NCBI GenBank assembly: GCA_017654855.1
Contig: CM030333.1
Span: forward strand, 4,030,001 to 4,094,000
Source of the DNA: Podospora anserina
Lineage: Eukaryota
Length of the DNA stretch: 64,000 nucleotides
Direction: 5' to 3'
A program made the translations under genes and the position numbers. Numbering within the stretch: position 1 is the stretch's first letter; every line of letters starts with the position of its first letter. The notes beneath the pieces were generated by a model, which was given only the letters and a program-made list of their open reading frames with translations, did not search any database and was not told where the DNA came from. Below, one piece after another: positions 36,306 to 50,255 of the stretch.

Positions 36306-36492
36306 CTAGGGAGGTCTTATATCACACGCAAGGTTAAATGTTGGTAAAGCGGTTACTACTGTACGGAGATGGTGATGTCTATTAAACGCGTAAGCACACG
36401 TCGCAGCATCATGGTTGGCAAGTGTTGGGAACAGCCAGGAGTATTGGGTTGTCATGGCAGTTGAGGGGCAGAGGAGACAGGGACCGGCTTAC
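36306..36492 (-). other. Probable 5'-UTR intron of gsk3
   Basis: Minus-strand GTAAGC donor at 36492, TTTAAC branch-like site near 36335, CCTCCCTAG acceptor at 36306. No transcript evidence. Confidence 0.45.
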
Positions 36493-39400
36493 AAGATGGG
36501 TTGGTCGAAACCTCGAGGGGCATCTGACGCCAGGGATTGGCAGTTACAAGACGAACTTGTGTAAACTCGCAGTTTTGCAGAGCAAAGTTTCGTGACCGGT
36601 GATGCCGACTGTTTGGGAGCGTGGCTTGTGTTTCGACGGAAGGAATCTACCCGTCGATGGAAAGAGGGGAGGAAATCGGGACCCGATGCAACGGGGGGAA
36701 TCGCGCAGACGGGCTTGGGTCGTTAGGGACTTGGGTCAGGTCGAACTAGGTATCGGGTTGTTTCTTGACGGCTGTTAGACGGAGCGCTCGAGATCAAAAA
36801 AGAACAGCCACGCGAAGCTGGCGACAAACTGCACGAGATGACGAGGTTGATGGTTGATGCGGAGGTGGAGACAGAATACTAAGGCGTTGAAGGAAGAGGA
36901 CGACAACAGGAGAGGGTTACGGGAAGGTAGGTTGAATTTCAGAGGTCAATGGACGTGAGGTTTTGGAGGGGCGGGCGCACTAGCTAAGTGAAATGACGGC
37001 GGGGAACGACAGGGCACTGCGGTGGCGACCAAGCACAAGGGTAGCCTAGCGTGTCCTGCTGCAGTGCGCCCGGGCCAGGTCAAGTGGCTCCGAGGGGGAC
37101 CCAAGACGACGCAAGGACTCGAAGCTTTCCAAGGTGCTCTTGGTCGAAGCGGCAGCAGCAGTGTCGAGTGAAGAAAGCTGCAACTTTGCAAATGCCCGAG
37201 ACAATGGGACATCCAACACTATCAAAGAAAAGAAAAGACAAAACAAAAAAAAAGAAAAGAATAAAAGAACAAACAGGGGGAGCCTGAAGCAGACAGCTGC
37301 TTCAGTCGACCACACATCATCGTATGCAACTTTCTCTCTTGCACGTCTAGTGAGGTCAGATGGCCTACGGCTTGGCGCGCTGCACCATGGACGCAGCCAA
37401 CCAGAGGAGGCCTAATGAGGGGTTGGGGCAAGGGAAACGGCAGGGTTGCAAAGGCAGGTGAGCCTTTTAGGACCTCTCGGTGAAAGGGCCCAAGGTTGGA
37501 AGAGGATGAAACGGGACAACTGTAAAAAGTAAAAGTGAAGGTATTTACACTTACAGTGCGCTCGGTCTGCGACCAGAGTCTTCTGCAGCGTGCGGATGCG
37601 AGGGACCGGTGGTCGGTTGGAGGAATTGGCAGCGGAAAGTGTGGTGCTGTGTTCGGTGGTGAGGGGTTCGCTCCGGGCCGTCGTCACTTGTGGCTTTAGC
37701 TCCAAAGTCGAGGGAGTCGGCCGGCAGGGCGGTTGCGCTGGTCTGGTGGATGGGATTTATTTGGGCGTTGTGCGGTTGGCCAGATACTGGGAGACCTTGG
37801 TGTCTTGTAAGGCGGTGCAAGCCGCAAGCCTCCAGACCTAGGAAGATGGATCTAAAAACAGATCTGGCTGTGTGAAATGGAAATACAGAGTCCAGACTGT
37901 GGGCACCTCAGTCGTAGAGGAAAGAAAATAAAAGGAGGTGATCCAAATCGATGCAACTCGGGGAAATGACAGGATAAAGGTGGTCTGGTCTGGCTTGGTG
38001 GCCGTGTCTGCTGCTCTGCTTGGTTGGTAATAAAGTAGGGTAAGGTAGCCTGACGCAGGACACGCCGTAAGTTGGACGTAAGGTCTGTAGGAAGGTACCG
38101 TGTGATGTGGAAAAAAAAAGGGAAGGGAAAAAGGGTTCGAGGTACGGGTCAAAAAGCTTTCCAGGTGCAGGATACTGCACAGTAGCCTGAGAATGGGATG
38201 TGTTGTGACGTGACCTCTCAGGTTGGCAGACAGAAACCGCAGCGGGCACCGGAAATAGCCTCAGGCACGCCGGTGACTGGAAGACGAATGGGAGTGTGCT
38301 CTCGCCGGCCGAGTCCCAGGAACACAATAGCCTGCCTGACGTTGATTCGGAGCGGCGGATGGTGGAGCTCTTCGTTGTCCGCTTCCTGTTTCCCAAAATA
38401 CGATAGCGGTCCCGTCTCCTTCTTCGCTTCTATGGTGTTTGGCTTCCACTTGTTGAACGAGCATGTATGTGTGTGTGTATGCGCGGTAAGGTACCGGGAT
38501 GAAAGACGCCGCGTATTTACCGGAATTTCGGTTTTCCTATGCACCTCAACGGGTCCCCGGGTTGCTTTTATCCAGGAGAGCAGCCCCTCTGGTGTCGCTG
38601 GCGTGGTTCCAATGGCACGGGATGGGCCAAGGGAGGAGGAGATGAGGCCGGGAGACGCCGATCAAATCAGAAAAAGCGTAAACTGGAACAGAATCAACAG
38701 ACACAATGTGATGCGGCCGCTTCTGGCCTTTTGTTCACCAGATCCCGCCAGACTGGGGCCGTTGCTCATGTGCCCATTTTTGAGACGGAAAGCCGGCGCT
38801 AAACACACTCGGCAGGCGAAGTTTAAAATAGAGAAGTTAATAAGGTATGAGCTCAATCACCGAATCAACACAAATCGTCATTTTGTTTCTAGTGGCTGAC
38901 TACTTTTCAAAAAGATAGCCCTGCCTGTCTGAAAGGTGTATGAGTGCCAGATTGGACACAGGCAGAGACAGACAGGGTGGGTTCTTCTAGATGCCCCCTC
39001 TCCCAATGTCCAGATCAGATTCGAGGTGGGGCTTCGCAGTGCTTTGTTCTCTGACAACCACAGTTCGTCACGAACCCGCCGCCACGGTTGAGGGCCGAGT
39101 GGATTGTGTCTGTTGAAGGAGTCCCCGAGATGTGAGACAGACAGCGGGAGAGAGGCAATACCTGGTGTTCTGTCGTCTCACAATCAACCCGGGGTCTTGG
39201 GGTGTGCAGTACCAGTTGAGCCAGCTCGCCCGTTTGGGCACTGTTACACCTACGCTAATATTCCTGAGTCGGTGTCTCTGGTCGTCATAGTAAACAGAGG
39301 GAGCCGTTGGAGAGTCATGGTGCCAGTGAGTGAGCGGTCTCTCTGGGTTAATTTACTGCGTAATTCAAATTGCAGAAGCACTCCCGGTATTAAGAGCATC

Positions 39401-42400
39401 GCCTAAGAGGACTGACGGCTTCTCGCATAAATCCGATGCGTGTAAAGCGAACTCCTCATTATTGCCTCCGCCGCCAGACGAGGGGATCAACGTGTCGCTC
39501 AGTCACTGCTGGTTATCACGACTTCTTTATGCGAGCAAGCTTGTCAGGCAGATCGAGGACGGTCCAGGTCGATGACACGCCTTCTTGGGCCCATTTAGCT
39601 GCAGCTGTCATAGAATAGCTTCCTGAGGATAGACAGGCGACCCGAGTAACACGGCACCCGAGTTGAAACGCCGATATGACGGGTGGAAGACTTGCCAATT
39701 GGGACTGGTGCATATGGCTTGTGCGGGGCAAACATGATGAAGCTCACCACCACAAGCAACAGGGCAGTGTGGATGGAGGGGCACATAATAGCTATGTACA
39801 CCGCTGTAGACAGTGAGTCCGAAATAGGATTATAGAAGCAGCAATTTAGAGCCCTCAGGGCAACAAACTGGCCAGAAACGAAAAGTCGAAGCCTACGCCA
39901 ACTGACGTTGAGCTGTTGTCGAGATATATCTGGCCTTTGCTTTCCTCCCCTGGTGGTGCAAAAGTAGAGGCAGAGAGGGGTTGACGAAGCTTGTCGCTTC
40001 GTGCCCATACAGATCCCAAACAGGTAATACACAATGATACAACACGCACTGCCAGATCAAGTGTTCCGTGCTCCGAAAGCGCAGTGATACAGCACTAATA
40101 AGATATTTCAGCGTCGAATATACCGAGATCTAGGCACCGCAGTGCGTTTCTCAAACAGTCAATATTGCTTGTCGGCGTCGAGCTTCCACTCTTGAAACCC
40201 TTGTTCGGTTTGGCAGCAGGCTCCGATTGGGCGGTATCGTGAGCCGATATTCACATGCATCCATGCTCTAGAGAGGTCCAATCGTTTGGTGTCTAGTCTT
40301 GCATGGTTATGATGATGCCTGACGCCGATTCCATCGTTGCGGTTGTGTCCAGCCGTGTTGCGGTCTCTGTCCGTTGCTGGCTTTCCGGCGCTCTTCCAAT
40401 GCGACCTGCGCAGGAGGGAGGTGGATCAGCAAAGCGCCTTTTGGGTGCAAACGAGGTCCCATGACCGGTTGAATCGCGCTAATCATTTGGCTCGACCAGG
40501 TAGATCGTGGCTGGCCGTCTGTTGGCAGACACCAACTTTTTTTTGATCATCTGCAGAGCAGAAAAAAGATAGGGGGGGCAACTGGGACGGATGGGATAGT
40601 ACGGAGTAGCACTGGGACTTGTTGACCCTGTGGCTAGCTCCGGGTCAAAGTGACAACCGCCGTCCACTGACATCCCATGGCATCAAGACGCAATTGCCAA
40701 TCCAGGGGTTCCAGGTTTGTTAGTCGCCTGCCAGATTCGATTTGGATATCGGCCAGGTACCGTATGTGTATGTACGCAGACGTGCCAGGGCCATAAACCC
40801 CCGAGACCTCTTGTGAGATTCTCGGTGCGGTCGTGAAACCGGCGGGCAGTTCGATCGTGTAGTTTTTCGTGATGTCAGGCACCATTTGTGGCGCGATTGC
40901 TCGTTACACGCCCTTGGGCACAGCAAAGCATGGCAAAAAGCTAGTCAGGTCGTCCGGAGAATGACTCCCCCCTCTCTGACATTTCGATGAGATGCTAGAG
41001 GCCTAGAGCAGCTATACATGATCACCTGACGGAGGACAGCGCGCCTTTTGTAACTCTGCTGTTCCGTACCCGTACCCTGGCCAGCTGGCGTTCCTCGGAA
41101 ATCACCCAAGCTTCAGCGGCTGACTCCCGGCGTGATGGGTTCGTGAGATAGCGCCCGTCTGTGCCAGCGCTGGGCGTGGGAAGTGAGGCCCAAACGGCGG
41201 GCCAGATTCATCCGCCAGAGGAAAGGTGACTTGCCAATTATAGCAAGCAGATGCCACCGTTCAGCAACGCTTCGGTATTCGCCGTGCTGAGGGGGTTCGT
41301 GAGCATCTTTTGGCACTTGCGGCACTCTGAAGACGGAGCTGTCAAATCGATTGCATGGAAGCGAGGAAAATTACCCGTCGACGATGTTGTTGCTGTCTGA
41401 GCCATGTGATTTCAAGCTGCTGTGGTTTAATTACTGTCGACTGACGGCTGCTGCATGTTGGCCTTGATGAGGCAGCACGACGAGCTAGCGACGGTTGGTG
41501 GTGGTCGGTGAGCCGATCTCCAAGCTAGCCAGACCGAGATCGCATCATCCTGGTAAGGCAGGGACGCACTGACCAGCTCTGGTCTGAGCCAACCTTGGTG
41601 CTGATCATGATATGGTCTGTGCTTGCCCTCAGTCACTGTGTATGCCAAGCTATGGAATATCGATACAGGAACCAGAGCCAGCTGTCTGCCAGATGTTGAA
41701 GTTGCTCTTCCCAAAAGGTGATGAAGGTGGGAGCTCGGAGGGTCTGCATGATGCAGCAATCCTCTGGTCTGTATTTGTTGGGCCATCGCTGAACTGATTG
41801 TACCGTTACCATGATCCCAATTCCCAACAAGGCCACGGGCGCCCGGCTTGTTTGAAACCGAGCTCTTAGAAGTTGCTTCGGCATGGTGGTTTATGATTTG
41901 ATCTTTCAGACCAGGAGCTTGGGCTAACTTGCTGGAGCCATCAGATGCCCGAGTGGAGAATGATGAGATTCCATCTTCCGGGCCGATAGAACCAACAGCA
42001 TTCATTGGGGACAGCACAAGAAAAGCTCAAAAGAGATTCCAGATCGCGGGGTAGCTTCCCATGGCTTGTTCTCTGCTGTGCCATAACTCAATGCTTCCCA
42101 GGGGCGCATGGGAATATTTCCGAGCTCATCCACGATTCAACAACCGAAGGGATCACATCACTGGGAAACCGGTGCGGTATTTCCTACCTCCCCGGTCTCG
42201 AACGACTCTTATCTCTTCCAAGACTCCCTCATTGTCTTGTTGATTCGCCGCCGGCAGCCTGTCCAAACCGGTAAACTGCTTCTGAGACCCGCATACATCT
42301 TGGGTGGTCCGCTTCTGTCGACGTGCAGCCGACATCCTGCCACACCTTGACTCAGCTGCTTGATGCTCCTCGATGAACTGTCAAATATTCCCTGAAAAAC

Positions 42401-44197
42401 AAAGTCATATCACGCACCAGCATCTGCATGAAAGGCGATCAAATTGGCGTTGCAGGTTCGAGTTCAGCCTCTTGGCCGCCTCATCACTTGGAATGTGATA
42501 AAAGAAGAAACCCAAGAAAGAATCTGGGCCCTTCTGAGCCCTGCCCTGTGGTTGAGACTGGTCTTTTGAGAGCATGTTTCTGCTATTGTGCAACCTCAGT
42601 CACCGTGCATGTCGCTGAGCTGCGGGATGACGGCGTTGTAGGTCCCAGACGTCCCGGCAGTCCATAGAGCTCAGCTGCAAGACAAGCCCCGGTATGCAGA
42701 CGTTTCTTTCTAGGGGAGCTCTCGCGGACTCGGGCATGGACATGAGTGATGTTGCATGCAGCGAAACAGGCCCTTGATTGATCCGTCTCAAGGCATCTGC
42801 AGCGTCAAGCAGCCAGTGGCCATCACCCGTTGACGACGTCCATGGGAGCATTTGTCATGATGTTGTCTCGGGGTTCTCGTTTTGAAGGTCTAAATATACT
42901 CGGCACTTGATGCCCGAGAAGGGCCGAGTGATGTGGCTTGTTTCTCCTGGTTTCCCGTGTCTTTGCCATGTCTCTGACGGGACCCTAGGTTGTAACTGCT
43001 CCTCTTTCTCACAACGTACTGCACGCCTTGAAATCTGATATCAGGACATAACCTTAACCACCACATTTGCCATGGCCATCAAGCTCTCAGTAATTTAGAA
43101 GGCCATGCTTGATCTTTTGGGGAAACAAGCATATCTAGACATCGTTTTCAGCACATATCATCATCCTCATACGTAGATAGCTACCATCTAACAATGTTAT
43201 TGACACCAGCTTGGAGGATATAAAATGTGGCAAAAGAGATCAACGTCTTCAATCAGCAGCTCTTTTCCAAGTAAATGAACCCCCCCTATCTCCTAACCCC
43301 ATGATATCGAGCAAGCAACGGAGATAATAGATCACCATCCCATTACGGATATACAGCAACCCGTAAAATAAGTAGCCCCTTCCTTCAGATGTTGCCACAG
43401 CCGATACAACGCCCACAGCCAAATAATCACTCAGCAAAGCTTCATCTCTCATGAGTGCAACATAGCTACTTCAATGTCAGACCCACTATCGGCCACTCGA
43501 AGACCACTCACCAAAGCTCAACACCTAAATCAGAGAGGTAGCGCGATGTCGAGAAACAAGGTGGTTGAAAAAACGTCGAATAATGGTAGAAATGTCGTAG
43601 AAAAGTCGAAGAAGGTAACAAAGAAGTTGAAGAAAGTCAAAAACAAGTAACAATAATCTACCAGGAGTCTTCAAATTGAACCCCCCCACCCCCCCCCCAA
43701 TAAAAAAAAGGGGGGCTCAACATGACCAAAACCACAGATCCCTTCTTGACCCGTCATCATTCCCATCAGACTTAACCAACTGTCTCGTCCATAGAATGCA
43801 GTGGGAAGTGTACCTACTTAATTAAGTATTATGAGACGTGGAGTATCGGCGCTGACAGAACAGCACTTGCCTGGATGTCAATGACGGTTGTTGATTTATC
43901 CCACTTTAACGATCTTTCAAACAGCGTTCGACCTCCCAACCGCTCAAAAGCTCATATCGAAATCAGAGACCTCAAAAGCCAATAGCATAAATCCCCAAGC
44001 AACCTATAGGTATGACTACCACCCGTGCCTCGAACCAAAAACAGATAGATCATAATCCACATTATACCTAAACCCGTTGCGCCTCTGCCATCTCCCCCAA
44101 AATCCAGCCATACCCTTCCTTAAACCTCTTCGCTCCGCTTCCCACCATCTGCAACTCAGCGTCCCCCCCGCATTCTTCCCCACCCCTCCTCTCCCAT

Positions 44198-44792
44198 TCA
44201 AAGCGCCAAATTATAAGCATACTCATCCTCCATATTCTGACTCACCCACAAAACAACCGTGCTAACCCCCACCAGCGCATTGGCAACCACATTCTCAACC
44301 CCCATCCCCAACGCCGGCATCCCCACCCCCGGCACGACAAACTTGAGCACAAAAACCGTAACCCCGCCCGCCATCCCGCCCGCCAGCGCCGCGAAACCCA
44401 GAAACAGCACCACCCTCGCCTTCCACGCCACCCCCGACCCGGAATAAGAGAAACTATCCGACGCCAGCCGGGATTTCTCGACCGAGTTGATGATCAGCAT
44501 CCCCAGGGAGGAAAAGACGAACGGCAGCCAGTCGACAAAGTTGACGTGTAGGGGGGAGGCGTTGCGGGGCGAGGCCGACCAGACGGCCGAGTCGAGGAGG
44601 ATGTAGAATGCTAGGGAGAACTTTGACACACAGACATTCGAGTAAGAGAAGTGTTGGGTAAGAGGAGGAGTGAGAGGAAGGAGGGGGGAAACGTACGAGA
44701 CCGCCGGCCAGGTACACGCCAGCGTTACGGGCTTGGACGCTGGAGAGCCATGCTGGCTTGCTAAAGCGGAAGAGGCGCTCTTCGGAGGACAT
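44198..44792 (-). CDS. vps68: Vacuolar protein sorting protein Vps68 (TMEM50 family)
   Basis: Exon 1 44792-44697 (...RNAGVYLAGGL), intron GTACGT...AAG, exon 2 FSLAFYILLD...VNFVDWLP...SLGMLIINSVEK...WKARVVLFLGFA...EDEYAYNLAL. Confidence 0.9.
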
Positions 44793-45840
44793 GATGATGG
44801 TATTTTATGTGATGTGTTTCCCCTTGCTCGGAGTTGAATAGTTCGGGGCTGTTAGAGGTAGAGCTCGTAAATGTTGCAACCGTAGCTCAGTGACGACTGG
44901 CCCCGGTTTCGGTATCGCAATCGAGTTGATCAGCGGTATCGCTATCTGTCACAAGATTGGAATACTTCTCGTATTCTCAGCCGCAATCAATCGCGATATC
45001 AAAACCTGTCGTCGTTGTCGCCGCGAATCGCAGTGTTGTGGGTGTGGAAGCTTATGAACGTAGACGGCAGGCGTGCAACGCAAGCAGGCACGCATGACGT
45101 TTGGAGTTGGTCCCAAGCGGAAGGCTGGGGGAACCTGACATGACCCACCAACCAACCAGACCAATCCCTTCTTGGCAAAGGCTGAAACTAGCACGTGATT
45201 ACCCCTACCCTCACCAACACTTTTCACAACTACTTCGCAGCCCACAAAACAGTTGATGGATACTCTTCACAATTATCACTAACCGTCAAATATCTGCTTC
45301 CTCTGCAAACCAGAAACCCAGTGAATACCATGCATGCCACGCTCTCTGCTGCCATCGCTCCAACTACAACACCTCCACCTCCCTCACACATCTCTTCTAC
45401 AACCCCCTATTATACACTTCCATCAACCCTTCATGTCCATTCCATCCATGCATCTTCTGTCTTCAGAAATGGCCTAGACAAAGCAATGCCTACATCCATC
45501 CATCCCCAACCCGCAAGAAAAACAGGCTCGCCATGTGTATATGGTACAAAAAGTAAAATATGGCCTTCCCTTGGAAAAAAGAAAGCAGCGATTGGTTGAT
45601 CGCGATAAACCGAAGAGAACTTTAAACGCCCCAATGAGAGAGAAAACCCCCAGACAAGACAACAAGCTTTTCCACCAATTGTGAGGTCATGGGTGATGAC
45701 AGAAAAAAAGAAGCCACCAGAACGCCGTTAATTGCTTTCGTTGTGTCCCCATTTGTTAAAAAAAAAGAATTACCGGCTCCTTAAGCCAGCAGGAGCGCAG
45801 TGTGTTCCCTTGGGAAACTAGTCATCACGCCCCTGCAGCT

Positions 45841-47581
45841 CTAGATCTCAATGGTCTTCAGTGTCGTCTCTTCCACCTCAACAACGGTGGCCTGCTTGCT
45901 GCTTCGTTTGCTGCCAGGCGCTGATGACGTGCCATTTGTCTGAGAAGGCTCAGTGATGGTGACCTCGGGAGGAGGGCTGACCTCGCCATTTGCAGCAAGG
46001 GCAGCTAACCTCGGGGCACTTTCTTTGTTCTCCTCTCCGCTGTGTCTTGGGGTGTCGACCTCAACCAACTTCTCCGGCACCTTGATACTGTTCGTCGCCG
46101 ATGTCAAGGGAACCTCCTCGGCCACTCTCGCCAATGGGCTCGCCTTTCCAACACCTGGCCGAATTGGGCTGGGCATGGGAGAAATCTGGCTCAACCTCTG
46201 GAGCGACCGACCACGAGGCTCAGCGTTGGAATCAGCCGCGTTGGCATAGGGCGAAGTGGGCGCACTGGTTGCACCCCTTGGAGGAGCCATCGACCTGCGC
46301 TTGTTGGCGGTACGACCATACTTCTGGTCACACCTCCACCTCAAAATGTCGAAATAACCGGGCTCAACGCGGGCACTCTTAAACTCGCGCAGCTTAAGCT
46401 CGCCCGAATCATCATCGATGAACCATCTGCCGCTGCCAAGATCGTCCGCAACAGTAGCCACTAAATGAGCCCACGACTTCGCGACTACGTACTTGGTGTC
46501 GTAGTCGCGACCAAACAGAATAACCTGGCCCCAGGTACCCTTGGGTCCAGGCGCCAAGTCAACAGCCAAGTTGTTTCCACCCCAATCGCGAACAAGAGGA
46601 ATCCACGCGGGGTGCGCATACACCTTCTGGATGGCACCGGCGGGGACACTGTCCTGACGAGCGAGCAGTTCTTGTCTCCAGTTGCCATTCTGGGGCGAAA
46701 CGGGGGCCGAGCTGGACGAGGCCGCCGAAGTCGAAGCGTGGCTGCTTCCTCCCAGAATCTTGGAAGGCACAGCGGGCCTGGGGAATGTCGCCTCGAGCAG
46801 GAATTCTTGGTTGACCTTTACCCAGTTCTCCCACTCCTGAACAATCTCTTCGCAGTCCAAAAGCATGGACCCAAAAATGATGCCCGTGGGGTTGCCGCCT
46901 CTTTCTTGGCCATCGTGGATCATCAGGGACTCGCGGACGTCCTGAGGAAGGGAGCAGTCGAGCTGGTGCTCGAGATCGTTCAAATCGTTGTTAGTGGCGC
47001 CTTCGCAGAGCTGATCCCAAAGTTCCATGTAGTGCTCCTCGGCCCAGGCGTCGATCCGATTCCACGAGTTGTGGATCGGTGGCGCGGGCGGCTGGCCATC
47101 CTGGAAAGACTGCATCGGAATCGACCCGGTGGGGCTCTGCATGTCGAAAGCATCGGGTGGGACGGATGCCCGCGTGTTGATGGACCTCATGCCGGGCGAA
47201 TATGGCCTCCCACTGGGGCTCATCGGAAGACCGGGAGTGTTGGGGGCATAGGCGGCATCAAAGTGCGCCGAAGGGCGGGTGGATTCGTCGTGGTAAGGGG
47301 AGGAAATGTCGTTGCGAGAATCGGAGGCGGTTGCTATCGAAGTGAGGCCATTACGGCCATGGAGAGGAACATGGCGCCCTGTCCTTTGCGGAGAGTCAAA
47401 TGAGGAATCTGCATAATCAGTTAGTATGAGTCGGTGAAGGGATTGACTGGGAATTGCGCTGACGTCGGTCATAGCTGGTGATATCGTGCCACATAGAGCG
47501 GAAGAAACTGCCGAATCTGTAGTCAGGGCATTAGCATTCGCCAGTTGTCACTATTCAGAGTGTGCACACATACGAAGCCAT
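45841..47581 (-). CDS. smi1: Cell wall/glucan synthesis regulator Smi1/Knr4
   Basis: Exons 47581-47574, 47516-47464, 47408-45841 giving MASFGSFFRSMWHDITSYDRHSSFDSP... SMI1/KNR4 motifs LPQDVRESLMIHDGQERGG, HPAWIPLVRDWGGNNLAVDLAPGPKGTWGQVILFGRD. Confidence 0.93.
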
Positions 47582-50255
47582 CTGGGCAATAGCGAGAAAG
47601 GGGAAATTCGTAAAGGGGTTTTGTCGGTGTGGTGTGTTAAAGCAGGGACAAGACCGGAATGCGAGCGAGGGAGGACAGCGCGATGCGACTGCTGGCGGTT
47701 GAGAACGAAATCCGCGTCTAAAACGATTGGATGCGCGTCGACGTAGAGTTGTCGCAGCAGGAAGCGTCCTCAGCGACAATGTCGTCGACACTTTTGTATG
47801 TTCCCCCTTTTAGTCAAGCGATCGTGTTGGTGTTTGGTTCCGGGTCGCGGCGGCGTAGCGCTTGTGTTGCTTGTGCTGTGTTCAGTGTTCAGTGTTCACT
47901 GTTCTTTCTGTGCTGCGAGTGTCGGTCAAAAACCGAGTGTCTCCTATTTTGGTCGGGCAGACTAAAACGTGCCCCGGCGCAGACGGTACGTACTGGCTAC
48001 TGGCTGTCACGTCATGCCCAGTTAAGGGGAACCCGTCAACCGAAAATCAACAACGAAGGCGCTCGAGCTAAAATGGACCTGCAAACGAGTGGTGCGTGTC
48101 CGAGAGAGAGAGAGACGTTGCCCGATGATGTAGGTGTCGGACTGCGTGCGGTAGGAAGAGAAGGAGCGGGCAAGCAGCAAGAAAACAAGAAGTGGTTTGC
48201 AATTTCACTCTCGGTGCAACGATCAATGATGTTCCAAGCTTTGCTCCGTGCATGGAAGGAGAGGAAAGTTGACCAATGTAAGCGCTTCAAAACGGTGAGG
48301 GTGGAAGGATGCCTTTCCCGCAGCCCATTAAATGGAAAGGGGCCATTTGCCCCACCACTGCCTCCTGCCTTACCCACCCTCGGGGTTCACCGTGTAAGGG
48401 CCGTGCTGTTTGATTGGCTCATTTCGCTCCAGACACCACGCCGGGCGTGCAATGCAAGATCAGGGACAGGCCATGGCATCGTGGCATGAAAGATTTCGCC
48501 AGAGCGAGCACTCACCTGCCGAACGGAATGTCACCCTTTTTTTTATTTTATTTTTTTGAACGCTGCTAATTTCAAGCTTTTTGCGACCGTGTTTGGGGGA
48601 ACTTCTCACGCTTCTTTCAGGAGTCAACGGTTCGGTTCTGTTTTACCAGTCCGTTTCATTTCGATATGCCAGTGGGTTCTCCCAAGGAACTAGCCGACGT
48701 TCTGGCCCCTTATAAACAACTCCTTGCTACCCCGTAGCACACTCCGTTAAACATACATAACTCACCCTCCAAATATATCCAAGCAAAAGGACTCTTTGTG
48801 TGCCGTGTACCGGTATCTCTGCATCTGCAACTCTCGATCTCCCTCTCATGCAGCACAGAACAGAGCGGGTGGCTTACACCAGGACCTCCCACTGGATGCG
48901 CCAACACTCCTTATCAGACGACAACAACAACACCCACCTGCTGTTTCAGCCTCTGTGTCTTGCCGTTACGAATCCACGTTGGCTAGCTATCCCGACTAAA
49001 ATCTTCTCGTGATATTCATAGTCCAACCTGCATAAGCACACTGCAACTAGACACTAGCAACCGCAAAAGACCCCGCCGTATTCAGCTGAACAGCGATCTG
49101 ATCTCTTTCGCCTCATCTCACCAGCCGACCAGCACGCACTTACACTAAGACTGACACTGACAACACCACAGCATCTGCAGCACAACAAACACACAGGCAC
49201 AGAATCCATCATCGGATGGACCACATGGCCAGCAACACCGGCCGGGCCCCAAAGCAAGCAACCATATCAATCAACCACGTTCACTGCCCGCCGCTGACAA
49301 CCACTAATCTCGACCCTACCCCGCATCTTCCTCACTGCTGATCCCCCTTCTTCCACAAGCGTGACAAGCAAAAAAACAAGCTTCACAACCTGTCGATAGT
49401 TACCTGATTAACTGGCCGTGTGTGTGACTACAGGAATACCCTGTGGCAATAAGCTCTTCCATGTCCCGAATAAATTGCACCGCCCACAGGCTGTCGTACT
49501 TTTTATACAAGGTGCATGTGAGGTGTAAGTGATGCCCAATGGCGATCTTCCTTTCATTCGGAAACAACCAAGACATCCAGATAGGAAACCCCAAATCACC
49601 GGGTACCAAACTTTTTTGGTACAGAGGTAGCATTATGATGCTATCACTTTTAATGTCACGCCCCTCAGACTATCTTGCTACGAGTGCACATTTTTACGGA
49701 CGTTCGGACCTTGTTGTCCGGCCGGCCAGCGTTGAACACCAACCCCATATTTTGTCATCCATCACCAGATCCAAAAAGATCTACAGCCCAGGTCCCGAGG
49801 CAGACCACATAAATAGAAAAGTTCGCCTTCCACACAGCCCGATGCTCAGATCGCCACATCTAACTGTTGAGGGCCAGTGGTATTCACTCAGACTGCCAGA
49901 ACGCACATGATTCAATGCGCCATCAGGTACCGTAGCAACCTGTTGTCGACCCCATCACCAAGTAAACAAGACATAGCACTTACAGCTGTTGAGCCTTCCT
50001 TATGCTGTCTATGGTGCACCATCAGCCAACTCAACAAAGTCCACTTCAGCCCGGCTCAACCATCAAACATAGCTCCAAATAATCACATTTCAAACACATC
50101 TTCATTTCATGCCTAGTACAATGATGTTGATACGCTACATAAACAAATACGTTTCAACCCACACCTTAATGGTCCCCCCCCCCTACCTTCTGGTCTATCG
50201 TCCGCGGCGCTGCCATCAAACTGTTTCTTTTTTTCGTTCAAGTTTCCATCACTGC

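Noticed and set aside
41427..42017. 196-aa ORF in the gsk3 upstream region
   Set aside because: Non-ATG listed start, no recognisable domain or codon bias; left uncalled.
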